NCBI RefSeq assembly: GCF_009914755.1
Contig: NC_060944.1
DNA: 64,000 bases
Direction: 5' to 3' (one strand)
Origin: the human T2T-CHM13v2.0 reference genome, Homo sapiens
The notes below the pieces were generated by a model. That model did no database searches, was not told the origin of the DNA, and saw nothing but the letters and a program-made list of their open reading frames with translations. A program made the translations under genes and the position numbers. Positions 12,900-23,100 of the stretch are shown piece by piece (within the stretch, counting starts at the first letter, position 1; the number at the start of each line of letters is the position of its first letter).

Positions 12900-13235
12900 T
12901 ATTATTTATTGTTTTTTTAATTGCACAAGCAACACATGAGTGACTTCTCATCACTGAAAACTCAAAGTGTACAGTTCAAGCGATAATCCCCCACTCCGCC
13001 CCCGCCCAGGCCCCACGTTAAATTGATTCTCACCTCGGAGTCAACCGGCGTTTTCTGCTTCATGTGTTTACTTTCCTGTGTGGCTAAAAATGTCTGTAAA
13101 AGTGTACAGATTTGTTTTCCGTGGCATTTTAAAAACATAAATGATGTCCTGGTGCAGCTGTGCAGAACTTGCTGTTCACACTGAATAATGTGCCTTCGAG
13201 GGCCTTCCGAGAAGCCAGCGTGCAGAGACTTAGCC
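12900..13235 (-). mobile_element. Old L1 (L1ME/L1MC-like) 3' fragment
   Basis: TTTTTTAATTGCACAAGCAACACATG start and AACTTGCTGTTCACACTGAATAATGTG motif; very diverged. Confidence 0.5.
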
Positions 13236-13351
13236 AAGCGCTTAGCCTGCCACGACCCTTCTGGAAATGTTACCTGTTATTATTATTAATTGTAGCAAGC
13301 CAAAATTGGGAAAGAGGCTGAACTGGGATTTGTAGACTGGGGAAAACTCCA

Positions 13352-13555
13352 GATTTTTAAATTGGTTTCCAAGATGGTTAAACCAAGATAACACCAAATC
13401 TAAGAACTAGGAAGGCGTAGGTCTCGCAGCCTCCATCAGTCAAGTGATTTGCAACGCTGGTCCTGCTTCCAGAAGGTCTGGGCACAGCGGGAGAGAGGCA
13501 CAAGGCCGATTATTTCTCTGTTCTGTTCAGCTCGTACCAAGGACCAGCTCTAGGC
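13352..13555 (+). repeat. Dispersed direct repeat, copy C (diverged paralog of 12526-12750)
   Basis: 45/60 ungapped identity; GTCCTGCTTC sits at an almost identical offset (108 vs 107 bp); CAGCT..ACCAGCT block shared. Confidence 0.75.
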
Positions 13556-14699
13556 CCTTTGCAGGGAGAGAAAGAAAAAAAGAAAGATCGTGAATTCTGA
13601 GTGGAGTGACCAGTTCCAGACACGAGTAGCCGTGTTTTACACACTTGGCCAATGACTCATTCCCCGCTGAGGGGAAACGTAGTCATGCTGAGATCTGTGG
13701 AGCCCGTGGCCTTTGGCTTTCTCACCCCAGGGCCCTCCCCCTCCCGAGACCACACTAGCCTGCTGCTCACCATCCCCCTTTCTCCTCTGTCTCCAGTGCG
13801 TTTATCTTTCATTCATCATTCCTCGCAAACACCACCAGCCCAAGGTGGTTCTCAGCCATTTGGCCTCCGATTCCGTTCTGTCTTTCCCGAGAAAAGCCGA
13901 CAAAACCTTGCACCTCATAAATTTTAACAGCTTTTCCAACTGATGTATTTCATGTCTGAATTGTTTTATCTGTCCTACTTTGATTGTAAGCCTCGAGGGC
14001 TGAGACCTCGTCCTGTTTCATCTTCTGTACCGCTCCGAGCGCACTGTTGGCATTCTGTTCGTAAAAACACACGCGGAGATAAATATATGCAAACATCGAT
14101 AATTGTTTTAGTTGGAGCCGTTTGACGACAGATCAGAGCTGTGTGTGGACCCCTACATCTGAGGCTGGAGCGTGATTTCAGGCCACCTCTTAATCTGTTC
14201 CTTGGGTATTAGTAATTTGTAAAACATGATTTATTTGCTTAGAATTTTTCCTCATAACTTTAAATGTGTGCATAATAGTAAATCTCTGATCTCTGATTAA
14301 CTTTTGCCAAATAGGCTTCCCAGAGTGATGAATGCTTGTGTGGTGACTCATAAACAAGACTCAAAGCATTTGTTTAAAAAACACGAGGCTTCCTTCTGTC
14401 TAAGCATGAAGAGATGTTAAAACGAAAAAGGTTCAACTTAGACTTAAGACAGACAGAAATTAATCAGGAGTGATTTCTTCTTGGTCTGAATTTTAAATTG
14501 TTTGTGAAAGGGTAATGATCGAGCTGGCTTTGTTTTACTCCACTTCACTTTGTTTCTAATGTGTAAATTTTCAGATGCTTTTCTGCTAGAAAATTCCTCT
14601 TGGTGAATATGATGTGCCTATCCTCACATAATTCCACAAGTGGCATGCAGAAAAACAGGGTGAGTCCCACAAGAACCATCCAAAGCTCTTGCCTTCACT

Positions 14700-15420
14700 C
14701 TGTGTTTGCTGAACACCCACTCTGTGCCAAGTAATGTGCTGGATGGCAAGGATTCATGGTTGACATTGAAAGACAAGGTTCATATGTATATATGTGCCAT
14801 GCTGGTGTGCTGCACCCATTAACTCGTCATTTAGCATTAGGTATATCTCCTAATGTTATCCCTCCCCTCTCCCCCCATATTTAACTAACCTGCACATTGT
14901 GCACATGTACCCTAAAACTTAAAGTATAATAATAATTAAAAAAAAAAAAAAGAAAGACAAGGTTCAGCCCCAGGGAGCTCCCAGACATTGCGTGGACAAA
15001 CAGAGAACAGATAATCAACAGGATTAACAGGAGCGATGGGAATGGTGCTCCTTGAGAGGGGGCGGCCAGGAGGCCAGGGTCGGGAAGCAGCCGTGCCCAG
15101 CTGGGAGAGGGAGTCTCAGGCAGGGTGAGCACACAGGCCCTGGGTGGGGAAGGACTCGGTGGGCTCCCCGGACAGAGGGGAGTTGAGCCTGTCCTTGTTA
15201 TTTCAGGAGCAACAGGAAGCACAGGAGCTTAAACGATTGTGGTTCCTCTGGCTGCTGTAGGGAGATGGACGTGGAGGGATGGGTGGGGGGAGGGGGACAG
15301 AGAAGTCTCCTTCAAGGAGATCCCCAGAGACAGGAATGGATGGGGATGGGGCCAGTGGCCTAGAGTTGGCGACAAAGGAGGAGACACCTAGAATACAAGC
15401 CTGAGCTGAGTCCTCTGATG
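14700..15420 (-). mobile_element. L2 fragment hosting the L1PA insertion
   Basis: TGCTGAACACCCACTCTGTGCCAAG...GAAAGACAAGGTTCAGCCCCAGGGAGCTC, reverse L2 3' region. Confidence 0.6.
14783..14951 (+). mobile_element. 5'-truncated L1PA3-like element with 5' inversion (twin priming)
   Basis: 14783-14877 is reverse-oriented L1 3'UTR and 14876-14951 is the sense 3' end plus poly(A); perfect TSD GAAAGACAAGGTTCA at 14768-14782 and 14952-14966. Confidence 0.95.
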
Positions 15421-16140
15421 GGAGATTTAAATATACTTTTGCTCGTGATCACAGGGAGCTGCGATGGCCCAGTGGGTGGGGGCAGCCCTGGCGTTTCCTG
15501 CACCTGCAGCAGGAGGGTCAGGTTCAGGCGTCTACTCACACCCGAAGGAGGGCACTCTCTCCCGATCTGCGACAGTCAGCCCAGCACCCATGGCTGACTC
15601 TTTGACAAGAGTCTTTCTTCTTTATAGAAAATAGAAACACGTGTCTGCGTGCTGCAGTCCGGAACAGTGGAGCTGCTGAAATCAGCAGATCATCCATGGC
15701 TAGGGAGGAGAGGGGGCTGGACAGGGCCTGGAACCTTCCCTCTGCCAGGCTCTGACCTCAGGCAGCCTCCCAGCCTGGGGACTTGGGTCGGGTTTGGGAG
15801 CCCACGTTTGGCTCAGTGGGCCCGAGTCAGAGACGGGACTGCAGTTATCACACCCTTCACCTTCGTGATGGTGTTGAGTCCAGTCGTCTGGATTTGGGGA
15901 TATAATTTAAATACCTGACCTTTTAAAGTGGGCACTCTAAACAACCTACAGTGAGTGCCTGCCAAAGCCTTGTCTTCCCTAAATCTATGCGGGGGGGGGG
16001 GGGGTCCCCGGGTCTCCAGGCTCCAGCTCCATGTGATGCTTCCTGACATGAGGGCAGTTGGTCTCTACCGCCAATGCTGAGCCATGAACAGCATCCAGAT
16101 GGCACCCTCAGAGGCCCAGGGAGATGGCTACTTTATTCCC

Positions 16141-16351
16141 CAGTACAAGGGCTAGCCCTACTGATAAGTACCAGGGCTAGATCCACTGATAGGTACCAGG
16201 GCTGGATCCATTGATAAGTACCAGGGCTGGACCTACTAATAAGTACCAGGGCTGCACCCATTGATAAGTACAAGAGGCGGACCCACTGATAAGTACCAGG
16301 GCTGGATCTATTGATTGACAAGTACCGGGGCCAAACCTGTTGATAATTACC
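16141..16351. repeat. 25-bp minisatellite (AGTACCAGGGCTGGATCCACTGATA)n, about 8.5 copies
   Basis: AGTACCAGGG-like words recur at 16142, 16167, 16192, 16217, 16242, 16267, 16292 and 16321. Confidence 0.95.
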
Positions 16352-17420
16352 ATATGAGACATCAAAACCCAGACATTTGAAAAGTAGTGATTAATTTGTT
16401 TTAAACTATCAGCAATAAGCCTATTCCATGTTAACATAAGTAATGTATTTTATGAAAACAAACTGTGTTTTCCAAAACAACACCAGCTGAGTGAGACATT
16501 GGCATTGTGCTACATTTTTGCAAATCTCTTCCGTGTCTGGTGTCACAGAAGCTGGCTGGGTTCTCTGGGGTCTGCTTCTGTTTCCACTCTGTTGTGATGC
16601 ATTGTTTGGGTTGAAATAGATGAAAAAAAAATCAGCCTCACTCAGGTGTGTAGATGGGAAGGGAGGGTCATTTTAATCTCCTCAGATGATTGTGGATGTT
16701 ATTCTTCGATGTTACTTCAAAAGTCAACAAGAGGCAGTTTCCTGTTTCTTAAACGTTAGTTGCAGCATGAAAGCTGAAGTCGTGTCATTGAACTTCTGCT
16801 CTGTTCTGCTAAACCCTATTGGTTTCTGTTGTTCTCTGAATGGATCTTTAACCCATGCATAATTTTGTAGCATCATGGATTCATCATATGCAATTGGTTT
16901 TCTGAATTACGCAGGTCTTCCATTATACGGCAGTTTAAAAAAATGACGTTTGTTAACATCACCACCAGCCTCATCAGAAAAGTCCTTCATTATTGGGAAG
17001 CCATTGAGCTTGCCATGGCAGACAAACTTTCCAAAATTCTAAGTTTTGCTTGAAAGCTCTGTTTGTCCTTGCAGCAAATACCGCCAACTGTTTGCCTCAA
17101 AGCAACAGACTGACGCGTTCCTTTTCAATTAGCTATCTGCCTAACAGTCAAACATGACTACCTGCTGCTTGTCTGTCAATCCTTCTTTTAAGCAAAAACA
17201 GGTTTTCCACAAAGAAGTGGCTAGTTGAGCTAGCAACTCAAAACAGTGGTTCAGGTGCTTTCCCCCAGCCATTTACTTTGGTGTGAGTTTGTCTGTACTT
17301 CCCATTTTGTCACATGGAGTAATAAGAAATATATTTAAGAGTCAAGAAGTCAAGACTTGGTACAATTGATTTCACCACTTCTACTTCACTAAGAACATTC
17401 CCTAGTGGAATGATGTTTCT
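16352..17420 (-). mobile_element. Charlie1 (Charlie1a/b-like) hAT DNA transposon remnant
   Basis: GGCATTGTGCTACATTTTTGCAAATCTCTT, TGAATGGATCTTTAACCCATGCAT and CTCATCAGAAAAGTC match recalled Charlie1; the minus strand near 17220-17275 retains a frameshifted WL..GKA...FEL.A.LA transposase motif. Confidence 0.85.
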
Positions 17421-17549
17421 CCCATGGCCCCAGCATGGTGAGGCAGAGCAAGAGGAAAACTGGGCACTGCTCAGGGCCCTGCAGTGGTTCCACAGGGGCG
17501 CCCGTCATCCATGCAAAAGTAGCCACCGTGAAAATGGCCAATGGTATGG

Positions 17550-18695
17550 TTTTTTAAAATCAACTTGGTTGAAATACAATTCATATGCCTTAAAATTCAG
17601 ACTTGGAAAGTGTACAATTTATGATGATTAGTACATTCAGAGTTGTGCAGCCACCACCACAATCTAATTTTAGAACATTTTCAAAATAAAGTGAACCCCA
17701 CAAGAGAAACCCCATCCCTATTAAGCAGTCACTCCCCTTTCCCCCTCCACCCTGCTTTTCCTACAGGCCCGAGATAACCACCAGTATACTTTCTGTCTGT
17801 GGATTTGCCTTTTCGGGATACCCTATGTGAATGGAGTCACTCCCACGCAGTCTTCTGGGCCACCCAGCACACTGCCGTCATGGTTCATGTGTCCAGTGTC
17901 ATTCGTACTCACTTTGTTTTTATTGCAGAATCACTTCATAGTGTGGTGAGGAAGGAAAAATAATGACCCCCCAGATGTCCACGTTGTGATCCCTGGAGCC
18001 TGTGAATATGGCATGTGATGTGGCAAAGGGACTTCGTGGGGGTGACGAAGTTTAGGACCTTGAAATGATCCCGGGTTACCTGGGTGGGCCCTAAGTGCAC
18101 TCACAGGGTCCTTATAGGAGGGGGGCAGGAGGGTCAGGTCAGAGAAGAAGTGGCAGTGGAAACAGAGGTCAAGGTGACATGGAAGACAAGGAAATGATTC
18201 TACCCAGAAGCCTCCAGAGGGGCACTTTAGACTCTGACCTGCAGAACTGTACGGTAATGCTTGTGTGTCAGTTTAAACCTTGGAGACTAGGGTAATTTGT
18301 TACAGCAGCAAAAGTAAACTCACACACGCTCATGGGCTACACTTTGTCCGTCCTTGCCTGGGCTGATGCACACAGGGTGTCCTCCCACTTCCTGGCTGTT
18401 AGAAGTAAAGCTGCTGTGAACACTAGTGTGCATGCATTTGTGTGGACATGTGTTTTCATTTCTCTTGGTTATACCCCGGAACTGGAATGGTGGCTGGGTC
18501 ATAGGATAACTCACACTGTTCAGCATTTTCAAGAACTACCAGCCTGCTTTCCAGCATGGCTGTGCCATTTTCCATTCACACCAGCAATGCATGAGGGCTG
18601 CAGTTGATCCACATCCTCACCAACACTTGCTATATTCCAGTTTCATGTTTTAGTTTATCCCAGGGGCGTGCAGCAGTGTCACATTGTGATTTAGT
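17550..18695 (-). mobile_element. L1MB-type 3' fragment split by an MLT1 LTR
   Basis: 3'UTR motifs at 17550-17941; continues at 18327-18695 (AAAGCTGCTGTGAACAC, TTCACACCAGCAATGCATGAGGG, CACATCCTCACCAACACTTG). Confidence 0.85.
17942..18326 (+). mobile_element. MLT1C/D-like solo LTR nested in L1
   Basis: TGTGGT...AGATGTCCACG...CCTGTGAATATG...GGGTGGGCCCTAA...GGTAATTTGTTACAGCAGCAA...ACA. Confidence 0.85.
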
Positions 18696-19124
18696 AGATT
18701 TTTCAGAATGAGAGTCACTCAGTTTGCTGTATATGCTTAGGACAATTTCTAGAGATGTTGAATGGTGGATTTTTTTAAGACTTTTCACCAGTTATGGTTG
18801 TTTCTCTGGGGACGAGGTCTGTGGAAGTCCTCATGCCTCCATTCTGGAAGTCTCTTGAAGCAACATCTGAATGTTATTGTAAAGATTCTTGGACATAGTA
18901 GAACCCCCTGGGGATGCCCGGGAGTCTGGGCCGTGCCTGGCATGCAGCTGTAACATTCGTTGAGGTGCGTGCTGCTCACCAAGGGTCCCCCCAGCAGAAC
19001 CCAGCACCTCCCGGGCAGGGATTGGGGTTTTGTTTGCTGAAGTCTCCCCAGTACACAGTCGACATTCAGAACCTGGTGAACGCATGGATGAAATGCTGTG
19101 ACGCATGAGGAAATACAGATTCAG

Positions 19125-19425
19125 AGGTGGGAGAGAGGGAGGAGGGAGGGGGAGCTGAGCTGGCGGGGAAGAGGGTAGGGGGAAGGGTTGGGGAAGGGTG
19201 TGGGAACTGACCTGAGAGGGGGAAGGGGGTCAGGGCAAAGAGGGAGGGGGAGGTGAGCTGGGGGGAAGAGGGTTGGGGAAAGAGGGGGGAAAGGGGGTGG
19301 GGGACTGACCTGAGCAGGGGAAAGGGGTCAGGGTGAAGAGGGAGGGGGGCTGAGCTGAGCAGGGGAAGAGGGTGGGGGGGAAGAGGGAAGGGGGGCTGAG
19401 CTGAGCAGGGAAGAAGGTTGGGGGC
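19125..19425. repeat. G/A-rich low-complexity degenerate tandem repeat with GAGCTGAGC motifs
   Basis: Nearly all purine on the + strand, many G3-G7 runs, recurring (CT)GAGCTGAGCAGGGGAAGAGGG. Confidence 0.85.
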
Positions 19426-20043
19426 CACTTCCAGTGCTGGTGCCTGACGCCCAGAGACAGGCCAGACACTGTTGCCCTAGATGCGGAGGGAGGACAGTGT
19501 GCCGCTCATTGGGCAGCCCCCACCGGGCCCACCTGGGTCTGCCCTGGCTCCTGTCACTGCCAAGAGAGGAGAACAGAACTATCACATGTGTGTCCCCTCA
19601 ACGTCAACAGCAGCCGGGGTTTCCAAAACGGCATGCTGTGCATGGAAGGACTGTACCTGGGAGGGTGAGTGGGGCAGCTCAGTGGGGCTCGAGGGTCCTT
19701 CCAACCCTAGACACCTGCTGCCGCCTTTTTCTAAATTGCTGAAGACGCCACAGCCCTGTGACTCTGCTTGTGTGCGTGCTTCTAGCAGGGAGAATAAATG
19801 TGCGTCTTTAAGAAAGGGCCTAGACTTCCAGGTTAGGCAGTGAAGACGCCGCCGTGTCTGCAGAGCGCTGGGTCCCCTCGGCCCCCACACAGATACCTGA
19901 GGAAATCAAGACATCTTCGCTGACCCACAGACACTGTTGGCTTTTTCAAGACAGACAAATAGAAGGATGACATCAATAGCTGATATTCAGGGCTTTACTT
20001 TCATTATCTCATGAAGTCCTCAGTGTGGCCATTTATTAGTTCT

Positions 20044-20140
20044 TCATTCATTCATTCATTCATTCGCTCACTGTTTATTGAGTATCCTCTTTACCCCAGC
20101 GCTGGCCATGCACTGAGGGTGCAGTGACCGTGGGCTCCAT
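20044..20140 (-). mobile_element. L2 3' tail with (TTCA)n
   Basis: (CATT)n...TGTTTATTGAGTATCC. Confidence 0.6.
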
Positions 20141-23100
20141 CCGGGCACCCTGGTGCTGTCATTAGCTCGTGTTGCACAGAGTGGTTGGTCACATGTCAGG
20201 TCACGCAGCCTGTGGGCAGAGAATCAGGACCTGTGCAGCGCCCCAGGACCTCCCACCCTTGGGTCCACCTGAGCACAAAACTGTAGGCCCTTAGGCATTC
20301 CTGAGTGAACCTCCCTCTGCTGCCAATGTCTGGGTATGTCCTACCCAGCCCTGCATGTGTGAGGAGCCAAGCCCTGCTGTGACCTGTGGGCGGGAAGGAC
20401 GTGCATCTGGGCAGATGGGGCCTGCCCTACCTGAGTGTCAGGTCACAGCAGAGACGTGGCTGCTGCCCTGAGCAGATTCCCTTTGCATGGAGTGTGCCCG
20501 TCAGGGCTGCCTTCCTGACAGCCTAATGAGCTGCCTGTGTTGACTGCGGGATCCTTCCCCACCAAACGCTGTCCGAGAAGTCCATGGACGGAAGGACGGG
20601 CTGTGGCAACCCTGCGTCGTGTGGGAACACCCCGTGGGGCCCTCCCTTTTGCGTCCCCTGGAACAAACAATAAGAACTGCCCAGGAGTTAACGTTTTCTG
20701 TTACTTCTTTATTGTTTTTTTAGAAAATGTTTTTGTTGATTCTTCTGTAGTCATTTAGAGAACGTTAGCCATGGTTCCGAGGCACCACGTGCATGAAAGT
20801 AGCGAGGCTCGTTTCGATACTAGAGGCGGCCCGTCTGTCTAAGCAGCGTGGTGTGTTGTTGGTACACTGCAGAGCTGGGCCACTGGATGAATTTGTGGAC
20901 TACATTTTGGGAGCACGTGGGTGGGAAAGATGAACTATCAGGGACCAGGCTCCAGTGCTGACCTGAGGCAGCCATGAGCACAGTGGGGGTGAATGATTCC
21001 CGCACGGCTTCCCATAAACCCCTGCCTCACATAACGTTTGTCCATAAAGTCAATCTCCCTGGGCTCAGGGCAAGGAGGGGCCACTCGCTCCTAGCTGCAC
21101 ATTGCCCCTTGGGCAGCTGGAATGTGCAAGCTTGTCATGGAGCATCCTTTGGGAACACACAGCTTCTCCATGACAGAGACAGTGCCGGGACCAACTGTCC
21201 TCAGAGCATGAGGCCAAGCTGGACCCAGCTGAGTTAAGGAGTGTCCAGGCATGGGAATGGCATTCAGTGCTGGGATAAAGTATTTTTGGTCTTTACCTGT
21301 AAAGTTTTCTTTCCTCTTTCCCCTAATGACTTCCCGCCCCCTGAAAATGAAGGAATGGAAGATGTAGCTATTGACAGGTGCACGCGCACTTCTGAAAGGC
21401 ATCTTGGGTAGGAGAGGGTGGTGCACAATTGGTGGCTGCCCAGGGCATGGACTGGCTCACGGGGCCACAGGAGGGGTTACTATTAGGATTGCATCATCTG
21501 ACCTACACACCCAACTCATCGTGTGCAGAAAGGAAGGGTGTCAGGAGAGGCCCCCTGCACACTGCTGGGTGCATGGGGAGGGCAATGGCTCTTATGCAGG
21601 TGGAAGCAGCAAGTCTCTGGGCCATGAGTGGTGCTCATCCTGGTCCCCAATGTCTGTAAGAAAAGAGGTGGTGGAAGATCAGGGGCAGTGATCACCCTGG
21701 CTGTAATAGAAACAGTGGCTAATGTTTACTGACGGGTTGTACCACATCTTGAACACCAGCTCTGGTCTGGGTTTGGGATACAGCTGTGAACACAACAGAT
21801 GAGGTCCTGGAAATGCTCAGATTTCATAATAATAATGATGAATAACATCATGGATGGGGCTGATCACTCCTCCGTGGGGCTGCCCTGGACTCCTTTCCAG
21901 ACTCCTTCCCACCCAGGCATCTGCATGTCTTCTTCTGAAGCTGTTTTGTGCCCTTGATCCTATTAGCAGCCTGGTGCAGCCTGTGACCCGCCCACCTTTA
22001 CATAATAATGCCTCACATGCATAAAGTGAAACACATTGACTCACAGAAGCAAATAATCATATTGGCATGTAGTTATCAAAACATTAAAAACAAGTCTGTG
22101 AGGTAGGAGCATCTTTATTAACGCGATTAGTAACAAGAGCCTTCAGTGGGCCTGATAAATGTGGTGATTTCAAGGTGGTGCCAACTATAAACTAAATGTC
22201 AGATCATCTGCAACTGTGCTGGGAGATGAGCACTCACAGGAGGCTGCTGTTTTCCTGGCGTGGTGCCCACATTCATAACAGAAGGAAACATTAAGTAAGA
22301 GGGGAATAAAAGAGGTGAATTTGTTGGTCGTCCAAGTTCACAGAGCCCTGGGTTCCATCCCCCGATCTACAGACTGAGAACCCTTGGCCCAGAAGGTCTG
22401 TTCCCTCCACCCTGCACCCACCTCTTGCCTCTGTGCCCTCTGCGCTCCTTTTCCTTGGCATCTTTGCAAGCCCCGCTCACCTTGGGGTATACAAGGATTG
22501 TGCCTGTCCCCACATCGTCCTCGCCACCCTCTGCCTGGATTTGTTTTCTGCCTCCTGGCCAGCCTGGCTGCACCTTCCACCTTCCCCAGTACAGATTCCC
22601 CAATACCCCAGCTGCCCATACCTTCTGGCAGATCCAGAGAGCCCTGTCCTGGGGCATCAGGGCGAACAGAGGGGCCGGTTACTTCATGCATCTGCACAGG
22701 ATGGACCGGGCGAAGCAGGCAGGGCTCTGCTGAGGAGAGGGAGGGGCAGAGAGGCAGAGCGGCCCAAACAGGACAGGCAGGGCCTCCTTGGGTGGGTGGG
22801 AGGCAGGGGCAGCTTCAGCAGGGGTGCGCCTTCAGCGACTCTCACAGGAGAGGGGCAGGGTGGCCCATGAAGGAGCCACATCAACCTGAGGTCAAAAATG
22901 TTCATCCAAAGTGGACAAAACAATGAAAGAGCCAACCACAAACAAGACCAAGCCTCAGATGCAGCCGGGCGTGGAGTGAGCCTCAGAGGGCAGGGACGGA
23001 ACCCACCAGAGACTGAAGGGCAGGGTGGACCAGCAGAGAACTCTTTCCTTTTTCCTATTTTCTCCAAGTTTTTGCTTTAAACACTTATTCATTTTGTAAT

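Noticed and set aside
8061-17660. Exact 27-bp match TACATTCAGAGTTGTGCAGCCACCACC at ~8061 and ~17633
   Set aside because: Both lie in L1MB 3' ends whose flanks are otherwise quite diverged; explained by shared family ancestry rather than local duplication.
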